NCBI GenBank assembly: GCA_951406725.2
Contig: OX597825.1
Location: forward strand, 5,828,001-5,892,000
DNA: 64,000 nt
Direction: 5' to 3'
Source of the DNA: Octopus vulgaris
Lineage: Eukaryota
Made by a program: the position numbers and the translations under genes. Below the pieces are notes generated by a model. The model worked only from the letters and a program-made list of their open reading frames with translations, did no database searches and was not told where the DNA came from. Below are positions 1 to 13,802 of this stretch, one piece after another (position 1 is the first letter of the stretch; each line of letters begins with the position of its first letter).

Positions 1-409
1 GGACAACAGGCGTAGAACAAGTAAAACACTTTTTTTCTTTTTGTAATTATCTTCTAACAATTATTTTACTAAACCTAATCAACGTTCAACTTTAAAAAAT
101 GCAAATATTGGATTTAACAAAAAAAAAAGACTTTAATTGCTCAAATTATTTTTGTTCTTCGGTTAAGTATTACTAGATGTTGTTGCTGTTGTTGTTGTTG
201 TGGTCGTTGTAAATAGTAGAAGCGGTGATTGCAATGGTCGTGGCGGCAGCGGCGGCAGCGGCGGTGGCGTTGGCGGTGGTGGCGGTAGCGGTGGTTGTGT
301 TTGTCATCATCTTTATCAGTCACCATTATTCTCATGTTATTTGTTTATTATTTTCATTTATTTATTTTTCATTTATTTATTTATTTATTTATTTATTTCT
401 AAAATATAA

Positions 410-547
410 AATGTTTTGTTTTTGGATTTCGTTTGCAAGATTCTTTATGTGAGTTTGTGTGTTGAAGCATATTCTGTTGTGTCTGAGTGATTGTGTTAAA
501 CTATAAGGCGCAAAAAGAAAATGACTCTCCCCAGACACAATAGAATG
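410..547. mobile_element. Internally deleted copy of the palindromic element at 54743-55075
   Basis: TTTGGATTTCGTTTGCAAGATTCTTTATGTGAG...TTCTGTTGTGTCTG matches the reverse complement of ~55007-55072; it is followed by the other arm (TAAGGCGCAAAAAGAAAATGACTCTCCCCAGACACAATAGAA). Confidence 0.7.
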
Positions 548-588
548 TATTAAATTATACCAATCGAGGATAACTTGGTACAATATAC

Positions 589-918
589 CATGGCTCAGTG
601 GTTAGAGCGTCGAGCTTACGATCGTGAGGTTGTGAGCTCGAATCCCAGACCGGGCTGCGTGTTGTGTTCTTGAGCAAGGCACTTTATTTCACGTTGCTCC
701 AGTTCACTCAGCTGTAGAAATGAGTTGCGACGTCACTGGTGCCAAGCTGTATCGACCTTTGTCTTTCCCTTGGATAACACTGGTGGCGTGGAGAGGGGAG
801 GCTGGTATGCATGGGGGACTGCTGGTCTTCCATAAACAACCTCGCCCGGACTTGTGTCTAGGAGGGTAACTTTCTAGGTGCAATCCCATGGTCTGTGTCG
901 TGACCGAAGGGGGTCTCC
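589..918 (+). mobile_element. tRNA-derived SINE (tRNA-Arg-like head)
   Basis: A box TGGCTCAGTGG, ACG anticodon-like loop (CTTACGA), B-box-like GCTCGAATCC. The body (CTTGAGCAAGGCACTTTATTTCACGTTGCTCCAG) is shared with the SINE at 46493-46817. Confidence 0.85.
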
Positions 919-2388
919 GATGCTACTTGCTGTAGGTGCCTATATAGTCGCGAGCACACACACAGACACTCTCCCTTTCGATAGTTTAACCCTTGACTCT
1001 GTTGAACATCCAGAATGGGGCAGTACTGGACTTATATTTTCTATATCGATAACGAAAAGAGAGAAGACAAATTTGATGAGGACAGGTAAGAACCCGGAGC
1101 AAAAATCGTTTCTAATATAGACAACCACGGTCACGAAATATTTGAAGAAGTGGTGATTATGTGAGTTTAGTCAGGTAGTGAGTTCGATGTAATCGACTCG
1201 TCCTCTCCCCACAAAATTACTGACTTTGAACACTGCAACGAATCAGCGTCCCGTTGAGAGGGAATTGGTGTGACCTCGTTCACTTAAACACCATGGAAAC
1301 CGAATAACCGGTCTCATGAGTCCGAGCATTCCAGAAAAAATAAATTTAATATATTTTTAGTGACAGGATTGGATCTCTTTACTCGTTTCCTTAACGCAAT
1401 GCAGATGAAAATCAAGTGACTCGGCCAAGAGCCAAGATTTTGTCGGATCCCTCGGTCCATAATTATATTCCCATTCGCAATAGAATCGTTGAAAAATGCT
1501 GTAATGTTGATGTTGGCGTTAATGTTGCTCATTCTGCTGCTGCTGCTGCTGCTGCTGCTGTTGTTGTTGTTGTTGTTGTTGTTAAGCAACAAGACGGGTT
1601 ATGGTGATTAGGGGATGGTCTAGGGCTTAGGGGCGAGTGACCCCAGTCCTTGGGAAAAAGATCTTTGGTCGCCTTGTTGTAGTCGAGGGCTCTTCGTTGA
1701 CGCCCGACACCAATATAAGGTGACCCTCGAAGTCGCTAGAAATGGAAATCTTCAGGTTCAAACTCTTGGACGGCTTCTGCTGCTGCTGCAAATGTTATTG
1801 TTGCTGCTGTTGTTTATGGCTCTGGGTCATCTTTCATTAACACACTAAAGATAAAAGATGTTCAACACGTGACTTTTCCGCCCTTTTCACGGATTTTGAG
1901 TAACATTTCTCAACTTGTCCCACCTTTTCAAGATGGCACCCGTATAATTTGAGGAAGGTTTTCAATGTTTTTTCTAGCAAATAGAATGTGGGACGATAAA
2001 CAGTTTGACAGATATCTGTGTGTGCATTTTTATGTGAATGTTGTGTGTGCGTGTGTGTGCGCGCGTGTGTATGTGTGGGTGTGTTTGTGTGTGTGTAATT
2101 TAAGGGAGGAAAGGAGAAGTCAAATCGATGTTACAATCGTTTTCGTTTAGATCGAACTGTTAATATGATCAAAATCCTTCGATCTGTTCAGATTCTTTAA
2201 AAATATTTTTGTTTGTGATGTTATTTGTGAAGACATAATTTCTAAAAGAGTTTGTAAAATCTTTATTTTTAAGTCAAAGAAATAACCATGACATTTTTGC
2301 TTTGTTTTTAACCGAAATAGACATTCTTTGGCATAGATTTCATCTATTTTATTTAATTTATTCACACAATGTTTTCCCGTTTAAAAAT

Positions 2389-2498
<110 letters not shown>

Positions 2499-3562
2499 TG
2501 AGGGAAGAGAAGAGGGAGAGGGAGAAGGAGAGGATAAGGGGGGAGATGGGGAGAGGGAGAGAGGTGATGGAGAGAGAGGAGGGGAGAGTGAGAGATGATG
2601 GAGAGAGAAAGGGAGAGAGAGGAAGAAGAGGGAAGGAGAGGGATAGTGGGTTATCGATTTCCAATGCCAAACACGTTCAACTTGTTGGACATTGGTAGAA
2701 TTTTATGCTCTTCGCTGACGATAGATTTTTCTCAGCAACCACGTGTGGATGAGGAATGAGGTTTAAACAGAACAAAACATTGACCGATAAGAATGGTTTG
2801 GTTATATTTAGAAAGTGATAGAGTTCAATAACGATGTTATCTCTGAGAAGTTATAAATAATTATACAAGAACTAATCAGGAACGCGGCAGAGATGGCTCG
2901 CTCAAGATACTCGTATTAAAGTACAAGGGCATAGCAGTGGGATGAATGAAACGTTTGGTAGATGAGTAACCATATCACTATAGTTTAGGTAAAGGGAAGG
3001 TAACACAATGAATTATAGAGCGTGGAGCAGAATCAACGAGTCACTAAAGAACGACACTGAGGGGGAATAAAAAACAGGAAACATGGACAAAATTTCAGAA
3101 AATGATTTTATCAAAGATTTCTTTGGTGAGTTACAATTTTTTATAATTTTGACACAAGACCAACATTTAGCTGTAACGTATTTTTTTCGATCCCGGGACG
3201 ATGAAAGTCAACCTCAATGGAATTTGAACGCAGAAATTAAAGAGCCTGAGGAAATGCTGTCACACATTTTCTCCGGTCCATCGATTCTGCCAGCTTACCA
3301 CCTTTTTTATTTATTTATTGGTGAATTATATTTTTTCTATTATAGGCACAATATCGTAAACTCTGGATGAGAAAGGAGTCGATTACATCGACCCCAGCAC
3401 TCAACTGGTACTCATTTTATCAACTCCGAAAGAATGAAAGGCAAAGTCGACCTGGGCGGAATTTGAACTCCGAATGTAAAGAGCCGAATGAAATACTGCT
3501 AAGCATTTTGTCCGACCGCGCTAACGATTCCACCTTTTTTTGTGGGGTGTAAGGACAATATC

Positions 3563-3895
3563 GATAACAAGAAGTAGACGAAATCAAATATTACCTTATT
3601 TTATTGCAGGTAACTGTGCTCTGGGTCGTTAAAGCGTAAAAGAGTGAGTGGGTGAAATGTTGGAATTTGGCGGGGGACAAAGTTTATGTCAAGAGAGGTG
3701 AGCAGCCGAGGATTCTCAGGTCATTCACCTAGCAAACGCTGGAAATTACGGGAATAAACGGCTGAAGAGCCAAGAGTAAGTTGGAGGCTACAAAGAAAAT
3801 ATCTAAAGGCTTCTAGTTAAAAGATGACTTAGGGGTGAGCAAAATGCTACTTGGTCGGAAGCTGAAGCTTGATCAGTCTCTGTCGAGCCAATGAT
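3563..3895 (+). pseudogene. Degenerate 3' end of a Hero/NeSL-like RLE non-LTR retrotransposon
   Basis: Frame-shifted translation [10 protein letters not shown]...EVSSRGFSGHS...LEATKKISKGF*LK resembles the Hero RLE C-terminus pattern (ILLELTVPW...EVGCRGF.G.S...EAAEKASRWLWLKR). Confidence 0.55.
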
Positions 3896-4544
3896 TCCAG
3901 AATATAACGCGGGAAATGTGTCCAAATATTGCAACCGAAGTTAATATCTTTTATTTTTTTACCTGTCTTCAGTCATTGGATCGCGGCTCGTTTCAGTCAA
4001 GGGGCCCTCGCCTTGGAAAATTTAATCGAACAAATCTACTCCCAGAACCTACATATTCTTTTGAAGCCTGGTACCGATTCTATATCAGGCTTTCTTCTTG
4101 AGCCGCTATATTACGAAAACTTAAACAATTCAACACTGGCTGTCAAGCAGTGTAATGGCGGGGAACAAACACAAAGATACAGACACACACACACGCGCGC
4201 ATGCGCACAGATATCTTTTGTCATTTACTTGAAACAAATAAAAGAAATAAAAGAAACAAGACAAACAATGTGAAATGTTCAGGCTTTGTTTTGACCTTAT
4301 CAGCGAAGCATAACATGAACCTTGTAGTAATTACCTAAATATCGATGAATTAGCCACAATGAAAATGTATAAGATTATACGTTTATCGACGGCCAAAGAA
4401 AGAATTGTTTACAGATTAAATCATTCAGAGTCGAATGAAAATGAAAACATGAAATGGGTTAAATACATTACTTACGTTCCAGCATTAACTATCACAATTC
4501 ACAGACAAAGCCTCAGATTCGATAAATATCATTTCTACTATAGG

Positions 4545-5325
4545 AACATGACCAACAATTTCGGGCAAGAGGTAGTTCGATTAAATCGACCCCAGTGTTC
4601 CACTGGTACTTATTCTATCGACCGCGAAAGGATGAAAGGCGAAGTTGACCTCCGTGCATTTGAACTCAGAACGTAAAGACAGATTAAATATCGCAAAGCA
4701 TTTTGCCTGGTGTGCTAACGATTCTGCCAGCTCGTCGATTTCCCCACGTTCGATAATAATAGTAATAATAATCCTCATTGATATGACTATCCCAATCGAT
4801 ATAAACGTTTCTGTGAAGACCTACTAAAGACAGACGAAATACCTATTTCTTTACTACCCACATGGGGCTAAACACAAAGAGGACAGGCAAACGGATTAAG
4901 TCAATTACATCGACCACAGTGTGCAACTGGTACTTATTTAATCGACCCCAAAAGGATGAAAGGCAAAGTCGACCTCGGCGGAATTTGAACTCAGAACGTA
5001 ACGGCAGACGAAATATTGCTAAGCGTTTCGCCCGGCATGCTAACGCTTCTGCCAGCTCGCCGCCATTCTCGTAGAGGCAGACGAAATACCTATTTCTTTA
5101 CTACCCACAAGGGGATAAACAACAGAGAGGACAAACAAGGACAGACAAACGGATTAAGTCGATTATATCGACCCCAGTGCGTAACTGGTACTTAATTAAT
5201 CGTCCTCTAAAGGATGAAAGACAAAGTCGACCTCGGCGGAATTTGAACTCAGAACGTAAAGACAGACGAAATACAGCTAAGCTTTTCGCCCGGTGTGCTA
5301 ACGATTCTGCCAGATCGCCGCCTTC
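4545..5325 (-). mobile_element. Cluster of 3 SINE family A copies (tRNA-like head plus Meta-SINE-like central domain)
   Basis: The reverse complement reads GGCGGCGAGCTGGCAGAA..GTTAGCA...GAGTTCAAATTCCGCCGAGGTCGACTTTGCCTTTCATCCTTT.GGGGTCGAT.AA..AAGTACCAG, then a tail ending AAAGAAATA. More degenerate copies lie at ~3160-3535. Confidence 0.9.
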
Positions 5326-5808
5326 AGATTAGACAAAGATAATAATACAATAATGATAATAAAAACTGAATGAAGTAATCCAGGAAAAATGAATCAAGTT
5401 GAGATATGTTGGAACCAAGCGTCAGTCATATGACTTCGTTCAGAACACGTTCAGGCAAATTTCTTATATTTCATAACAGGAATTATCGTTTTAGTATTAG
5501 TCATTTATAGTTCCAATCCAGAAAATGTTTGGCTGGATTTAGAAACAGAATAACGGCCAGTCAGTCGGTGGCTCGTGATGGAGTCTCTAATTCTGGCATT
5601 GGTTACTGCTGAGAATAATGAAGGTTTCCGGCAGATGAAGAGGTTTAAACAGTTCAGATTCAACTGTCTTGTAGCGAGTTGTCGTGGTTTTTGCTGTACA
5701 AATTATATTTTCTCTGGCTCTTTGGTCTGTTTCGCACGCAAACACATACACGAACGTATGTACAGGCACACAAGCAAACATTCTTATATATATATATTTA
5801 TATATATA

Positions 5809-5927
5809 TTTGTCCTCAACCAAATTCCAACATTTCACCCACTCACTCTCTTGCGCTTTATTGACCCAGAGCACAGTTACCTGCAATAAAATAAGGTAAT
5901 ATTTGATTTCGTCTACTTCTTGTTATC
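5809..5927 (-). repeat. Inverted copy of 3563-3681
   Basis: ~119 bp reverse-complement match with few mismatches. Confidence 0.9.
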
Positions 5928-5934
5928 CAAACCT

Positions 5935-6009
<75 letters not shown>

Positions 6010-6049
6010 TATATATATTTATATATATATTTATATATATATTTATATA

Positions 6050-6630
6050 GAAGGAGAATTCACAAAACAACAAAAGACGAATACAGGTGGTGTAGACAAC
6101 AAACAGATGTATTAGTATAACGCTCGGGAATTGAAAAAGTCTTTTACGTTTCGAGCCTACGCTCTTCCATAGAAAGGAACGCAGAAAGAAACAAGGAGGG
6201 GAAATAAAGAATGTGTAGTGGCTAGCAATCTATCATGGCGAAGGCCGGAGAAAAGTGTCACACAGGAGAGCTAAGGCGACACACACATATGAATATATAT
6301 ATAAATTAATAAAAGAGAGAGGAAGAGAGAGAAAGAGAGTAGGTAGAAGGGTTAGAATAGAAGTGACAGGGTGAGAGAATTTACGACTGGTCAGCTGAGG
6401 GACCAGTCTAAGAACGGAAGAAAAAGAGGAACTGGCCGCTGGTCACATGACAGCAACAGGCAGAGGGGAACCAGTGACCAGTTCCTCTTTTTCTTTCATT
6501 GGTCAATAACTGATGAATAATTACGGATCTTATGTTTGTCTCCCGTTTGCTTTTACACTACGTTATGTCGCTTGTTTATACATTTTTTCATTTATCAAGT
6601 AATGGAACGCAACACACACCGAATTTGCAT
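6050..6630. mobile_element. Penelope-like element terminal (pLTR) remnant next to (TA)n
   Basis: Related to 15100-15311; carries a hammerhead-like motif on the minus strand and a short internal inverted repeat at ~6418-6497. Confidence 0.6.
6139..6177 (-). ncRNA. Minimal hammerhead ribozyme-like motif (variant core)
   Basis: Reverse complement: CCTTT-CTATGGA-A-GAG CGTAGG CTC-GAAA-CG-TA-AAAG. Stems I and II are present and stem III is the palindrome ACGT; the core deviates from CUGANGA. Confidence 0.45.
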
Positions 6631-6687
6631 ATACGTATGTATGTATGTTTGTATGTATGTATGTATGTATGTATGTATGTATGTATG

Positions 6688-7019
6688 ATGAAATTTGAGG
6701 CCAGGAAAAGACAGGCGTGGTCTGTCACACACTGTGCAAACAAAAAGGTCATTGTCATTCACCTTCTCGATCGTAAGATTCTTCCTTAGATCAACTTTGA
6801 ATGCAGTATATACCAAAAGGTTTGCAAATCCAACGGAGGCCTCAAAAGACATGTTAAGATCCAAAAAGATCAGAACTTATCTGCAGGTCTTGGTGATCCA
6901 AATCAGAGGTGCAATCTATATGGGTGTCTTTTCAGAACACACAGCAGATGCCATGATGGTGTAGGTACAGGAGGTGGTCAAGCTCTACGTAAGGGGTAGA
7001 CAACCACCATGTATGTATG
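6688..7019 (+). pseudogene. 5'-truncated RTE-like LINE 3' end with two degenerate C2H2 zinc fingers and an (ATGT)n tail
   Basis: Translation FECSIYQKVCKSNGGLKRHVKIQ...RCNLYGCLFRT.HSRCH; sister copy at 45038-45203. Confidence 0.65.
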
Positions 7020-7476
7020 AATTAATGTAAGCAATTAGCCGCAATAAAAAACCACAAAGGATAAAATTTAGTCGTCACTAATTCTGAGTGTAGGTGTTAA
7101 AAGCGTAGCTATTACTAGAAGTAAGAGTTAAAACTCTTATAGCTACGTTGAAAGCACACGTATATATACTGACATGGTAGATAACTGTCCCATGAGCAAA
7201 GCCAGAACACTGGACCGCGGTTTTGTCCTGTAATTGAGACTCGTCAACAATATGACTCAATTACTTCGATGAAACAGATAAATTCCTCCGTCAGTAAATA
7301 TATTCGCACATTTATGGCAGATTTGGCGATACGCCAATGTGTTGTGTATACTAAAAATTAATGTAAGCAGCTAGCTGAAATACGAAGCCATATAGGAAAG
7401 GTTTAGTCATCACTAACTGTGACTGGGGGGGGGGGGCTAAAAGCAGCTAATGCTAGAAATAAGACTTAAAACTCTT

Positions 7477-7528
<52 letters not shown>

Positions 7529-7798
7529 TAAATTAGAGATAAAACCACTATTAGGCAGATCAAACAATGAAAAACATAACCCAAAGCATAAAAATAAATT
7601 AATTAATATAATATACAAAATATAAAATTTAAAAATTTAAATTATTTAAATTTAAAATTAAAATTATTAATTTATATTTATAATTTTTATAATTTTATTA
7701 TTTTTTTAAAATATATATAACTTTCAAAAAGTATTAAAAAGTTTAATATAAGATAAAAGTATATATATATATACATGCATACATGCATACATACATAC

Positions 7799-7882
<84 letters not shown>

Positions 7883-7964
7883 GCACAGGCGTGGCAATGT
7901 GGTTAAGAAACTTGCTACCGAACCATGTAGACAGAATTTGCTCTTAGGAACACAAAACCACTCC

Positions 7965-8310
7965 GTCGATATAATTGTAACAAACCTAATATTTTCACTT
8001 TCAATGTTATGCATAAGAATTGCTTTATTGAGCTAAACTCCCTATTGCTGATAAAACAAAGAGTTACATAAAACTCATTGAAAATACTTTAAAAGAAACA
8101 TATGTAGAAACATATGTATACATTCGAACTCCCAGAATAACATTCCACTATTGAAATCTAACTAGAGTCTAAATGAGGATATTAACCAAAATAAAATCAA
8201 TTGATTTGTTACAGAATGCACATCACAATACATTAATGACTCCAGAAGAGGAGATTATGAACTGCAATTCTGTTGCAAAATTTTGCTATTTCGAAGAAAA
8301 AATTGACATT
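7965..8310 (+). pseudogene. Degenerate Penelope-like GIY-YIG endonuclease region
   Basis: Frame-shifted YNCNKPN...ELLY*AKLPIADKTKSYIKLIENTLKETY..KHMYTFELPE*HST..IN*FVTECTSQYINDSRR follows the PLE pattern CNC..IVY.A....YIGLTE.TFK.RY..H..SF...ST. Confidence 0.6.
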
Positions 8311-8661
8311 TCGTGAAGTTTCCATCACCATTTATTGAACATTTTCTAACTACCAGCGGACAACTAAACATTATTTCCTTCGTAGAGGATTAACCCTTGC
8401 ACTTCTTATAAAAGCTAATATCTATTTCTGTACACGGTAATGAATGCGTAATGAATGCGTAAAATTAAGGCGTATTTTCTGAAAATCTTTTCTCAGCAAC
8501 ACATCAGATTTTGATGTACTGCTAACTAATAATATTTCGATGTATATTCAAATACTTTTGATCATACATGTATTATCACGCTGCCGCACTTTATCAATTG
8601 TTTAAATAATTGGAATGATAATGAAACAGAGTTTACTGTGAAGAAGCTATAGCTTCTGCTT

Positions 8662-8692
<31 letters not shown>

Positions 8693-8783
8693 CATATATG
8701 TGTATATAAACATATACATATACGTATATGTATGTACATACAAACAACTATGCAGGCATACATACATAATTATATATAAATGC

Positions 8784-8830
<47 letters not shown>

Positions 8831-9542
8831 TTTATATATGTATGCATGTATATGTATACGTATATACACAGACATTCATATATATACATTTATATATGTA
8901 TGTATTTACATACATATAGGTGTATATATGTGTGTATTTATGTAGATATGTTTATACATATATATATATATACATATATATATATACACACGCGCGCAAT
9001 ACATACATGGGTGTTCATGCCTATATTTACATGTGTATGTACACACGCACATCACATACGTATATATATATATATATATACATTGATGTGCATGTACACA
9101 TAGATATTTAGAGAGTGAAAGTCGGAGAGAGTGGGAGGGGGAACGAGAAGCTGTCGGGAGATGACCCTGCTAGTATCACAAGAGCTACTTGTGGAAAGTT
9201 AATTAGAATGACCGTGTGAAGAGGTTCCCCGAGTTCACAATTTCAATGTCGATGGAGGGAGGGGCATGCGGGAGGTATGGGGGAGTGGCGGGGTTGGTCG
9301 GGTTTGCTAAGATGGTGGCGGCGGCGGTGGTGGCGGTGGAGGTGTAGCGGTTGGTAGTTGGTGGTGCTGGTAGTGCTGGTGGTTTGGTGTTTGGTGTTTG
9401 GTGGTGGTTGTGTTGGTGATGGTGGTGCCGGTGGTAGGACGATGAATGTAAAGGAGTAAAGGAAGAAGTAAAGACCTAGAACAACAATGGCTACAACCTG
9501 GAGGAGGGGAGGAGGAGGAGGAGGAGGATGTGGTGGTGGTGG

Positions 9543-9733
9543 AGAAGAAGAAGAAGAGAGGAACAAAAGAAGAAGCAGAAGAAGAAGAAAAGAAGAAGAA
9601 GAAGAAGAAGAAGAAGAAAAGAAGAAGAAAAGAAGAAGAAGAAGAAGAAGAAGAAGAAGAAGAAGAAGAAGAAGAAGAAGAAGAAGAAGAAGAAGAAGAA
9701 GAAGGAGAAAAGGAAGAAGAAGAAGTAGAAGAA
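9543..9733. repeat. (GAA)n microsatellite
   Basis: Direct inspection. Confidence 0.95.
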
Positions 9734-10249
9734 GAGTAATTACAAAAATAACAACAACAACACAAGGCTACGCCGTTCGGATGAAACGGGGGGTGACGAG
9801 GGGGAGGGTGGTTCACGCTAAATTGTGATAATACGTGATCATAGAGATTGCTTGGTTTTCCACATAACAAAACTTTATACCACTACACACACACCCGCTC
9901 CCCCGGATGGACGGGGGTGGGTGGGGCTGGATTGATTCTAAAGAATGAGAGGTCAGCGGTAGCATAGAAATGGTAAACGAAGAAGACAACAACAACATCA
10001 ACAATACCAGTAACAGCAACAGTTTCGCTTTATTGAAGCAACATTAAGAGGTTATCTGTGAAGCTGCGAGATTAAGAGAACCTTGTCCGTCCTTTCTGTG
10101 AACTTTACAATCTGCTGAATTTAGACAAGAGATGTGAGACGTTGTCAATGTATTGGCACAGTACGCCATCTTGTCTCTGTATATACTCACACTGTTGTGG
10201 TTTCGCGCTGAGTGTATGTGTATATATGTATGTATATATATATATATAT

Positions 10250-10325
10250 ATTTGAGTAGTTGAATGAATTATCTTGTTATGGATAATTCGGTTAACCGAT
10301 ACCTGGGTAGCAAATTCACATCAGA
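10250..10325. mobile_element. Putative PLE terminal fragment (same family as 33407-33485, opposite orientation)
   Basis: TTGAATGAATTATCTT...CCGATACCTGGGTAGCAAATTCACATCAG matches the reverse complement of 33407-33485; both abut (TA)n. Confidence 0.55.
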
Positions 10326-10376
10326 GAAGACACGTTTGAAGTTACGTGCTTTCGTGTGGAAATTTGTATATTTATG

Positions 10377-10754
<378 letters not shown>

Positions 10755-11140
10755 TATCCAAATCCATGTTCCACATTACTCATCTCAAAGTGAGTATATG
10801 TAGGTATATATATATGTTTGTGTGTGTTAGTATTTATTGATGCATGTGTGTGTGTGCGTGTGTGCGCGCAGTGGAAGCTGTATATTGTGATCACTTTATC
10901 AATAACAATAACCAGCTGATAATATTAACTGCTAAATAAATATTTGGACCTTTGACTCCAGTAAACAGATAACTGGTATTTTATTTTAAATATAATGTTG
11001 ACGATCGATAATTTTGATAACAATAATTGTTTGATAACATCACTCCTGATTATAATATACGATTTCCTCCGTATATACGTGTGTGGGTGTCTGTTTGTGT
11101 GGAGGCGTGTTTGTATGTGTATATAGATACATATATAGAT

Positions 11141-11385
<245 letters not shown>

Positions 11386-12119
11386 TTTTCCTATATACGA
11401 TCGCTTTATTTACATAAACGTATTCGTATACAAAACGTCATAACTTTCAGTACTGGCTTTAGTCTGTATTGAAAATCTGTAGAGAAAACTTTAAAAAGCT
11501 ATACGAAGAAATGCTGAAAACTTCTTGGCTTTGGGTAAAAGAAAATACAAGAGGATCAGTTAATTATGATTTTATCCAACGTATTCCCCTTTCAGATTCA
11601 CACTCTTATTGCAGCAGTTCTTCGGTTTTTCTAAGCCCTGTAAAAGAACTCAAAACTTTACTCCTCTAACCGGCCCATTAGTGAGACCCTTAAAGCCAGG
11701 AACTATGCATATATACACACACACATACTCGACAAAATTCTTAGTGCAGAGATTTATTTTGATTATAAATTGCACACATGAAGGTGTGTGTGTATCTGTG
11801 GGTGTATACGTGTATATATAAACACAAGTGTACACACATACGCACGCACGCACAAGTGTGCGCGCGATATTGAATACCCTCTAAGTCGGTTAGTGGGCCA
11901 CCACAAACGAAGTCCAGTAAAAGGTTGTCGTCACATAATGGCCAACCCTCGTGAAGTCATTGTCTACGACCGGACGTTGACGTCAAGATGGGTGTGTTAA
12001 ATGGAAAGTCTTGCTAGGTGTATACTGTTAATTTACATCTCTCACACACACACATACACACACACATTCACACATGAAAACATAATTTACATGTGGTTGT
12101 GCTATACAGAAGATAGGGT

Positions 12120-12271
12120 GTCAACCATGTAGGTTTCGGTGCACTCCCATGGCACGGTACATTGGACAAGTGCACCGAGTTGACCTGAGTATTGCGAGTG
12201 ATTTTAGTAGACGGAAGCTCAAAGAAACCTGTCGTATATGTGTGTGTGTGTGAGTGTGAGAGAGAGAGAGA

Positions 12272-12319
<48 letters not shown>

Positions 12320-12562
12320 ATTGACATGCAGGTATGTGTGTCTTTGTCTTTGTATTGTGTTTGTCTCCTCTGCCGTTCGACGACCGGTGTTGTTTTGTTT
12401 ACATCCTCGTGATTTAGCTATTCGACAAAAGATACTAAAAGAATAAGTACCAGACTTTGAAAAAAATAAATTCGGGAGTCGATTTGTTTCACCAAACCCT
12501 TCAAGACAGTACCCCAGCATGGCCATAGTCAAACGATTGAAATACGCAAAAAGGTAAAAGAA
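12120..12562 (+). mobile_element. SINE family B (bipartite, internal microsatellite), degenerate
   Basis: Head ...GTAGACGGAAGCTCAAAGAAACCTGTCGTA, (TG)n core, tail ...CCAGCATGGCCATAGTCAAA. Confidence 0.8.
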
Positions 12563-12886
12563 ACATCGGAATAACAGAGATGGTAATATGAAGATTTATT
12601 TCATCATCCTTATATTTTGAATACGTAATAAATTATTAATTGCGTTACTTCCAAACACTAATTAGATAATTCATTTTAATCTTTATATCAAAATGTATTT
12701 ATAGAAAATACAAAATTTTATCTTCGTATTCAGACTTTTGACCTGAGCTTAAAATAAATACAAGGAAAAGGCAGGATGGACGTTGTAACCGATTGGTGTC
12801 TTGTTCAAACGAAAGTACGAGTACAAGACCAGCTTCGCGGACACTGACGGTCAGGACTTCTTATAATCTGCACTAATTTACGAGTA

Positions 12887-13802
12887 CGAGGTGGTATCAA
12901 AAAGTTCCCGGACTAATTATGCTTAATAAAAAAAATAACTTTACTTAAGTTTTAACATCATCTCCTCCTTCGAAACAGTCACCTTGCGCAGCAATACACA
13001 CACCCGTCCCAGCGTTCCTGTAACTTTTGGAATCCGATCCGGAAGTTGTGTTCCGTAATCTACGCGAGGACTTTTTGCGATTCGCTCTGGATCTCGACAA
13101 CGATGTTAAAACGGAATCCTTTGAGCAGAATTTTCATCTTAGGGAAGAGATGGAAGTTTGCAGGGGCTAAATCTGGGAAACAGGGCGGATACAGAGGCGA
13201 TACCATGTTGTTTTTGGCAAGAAACTCAAGAGTGGGGGAGAATTCGGTGACCGGGTACATTGTCGTCGTGAAGAATCCAATACTTCGCGAGGGTTAGGCT
13301 TACCTGCTCGGACCCCTACAACTGACCAACAACATTAACAATATCGTTGATTGTCCTCCGACGATCCTTTTGCACCAGCTGATGTATTTTCTACACATTT
13401 TCGGGGGTGGCGCTCGTGGCAGGTCTTCCAGATCGCCCATCGCTTTCCAAGGACCTTCTTCCACTTTTAAAGCGCTGGCGCCATTCGAATTATTCCGTAC
13501 GACCCACAGCCTCGTCACTGTAAGGTTGCTGAAGCATCCTCAATGTCTCTGTAGCAGACTTCCTAAATTTAACGCAAAATTTCACGTTGGCTCTTTGTTC
13601 CTCTCCATCACAAAACCGCAGACTACAGCATCCACGTGATCACAAAAGCACAAATTTCACAACTTACGAAGTAAACACAGCAATATCACTCAGCACACTG
13701 CCCCATGAAGGTCACTGCCAGCTCTCACAGCGCACGCAACCGTGTGCTGCCATCTGTTGGCACGTAACACAACTAGTCCGGGAACTTTTTGGTCTCACGT
13801 CG
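12887..13802 (-). mobile_element. Internally deleted mariner (Tc1/mariner) transposon
   Basis: TIRs CGAGGTGGTATCAAAAAGTTCCCGGACTAATT and (reverse complement) CGACGTGAGACCAAAAAGTTCCCGGACTAGTT, with TA on both sides. Confidence 0.9.
13046..13575 (-). pseudogene. Mariner transposase remnant
   Basis: EFLAKNNM...YPPCFPDLAPANFHLFPKMKILLKGFRF matches the YSPDLAPxD motif region; the upstream frame gives DGRSGRPATS..PENVQKIHQLVQKDRRRTI (HTH linker). Confidence 0.85.

Noticed and set aside
591-665. tRNA-Arg-like sequence (also 17130-17200 and 46745-46817)
   Set aside because: No proper acceptor stem, and each continues into a SINE body; these are SINE heads, not tRNA genes.
3590-3616. Recursive-splice-like TTTTATTGCAG|GTAACT
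   Set aside because: Falls inside the Hero-like coding remnant (LLQVT); no independent support.
11469-11570. KTSWLWVKE resembling the Hero/RLE terminal WLW.KR motif
   Set aside because: The match is too short and upstream motifs are not recognisable.
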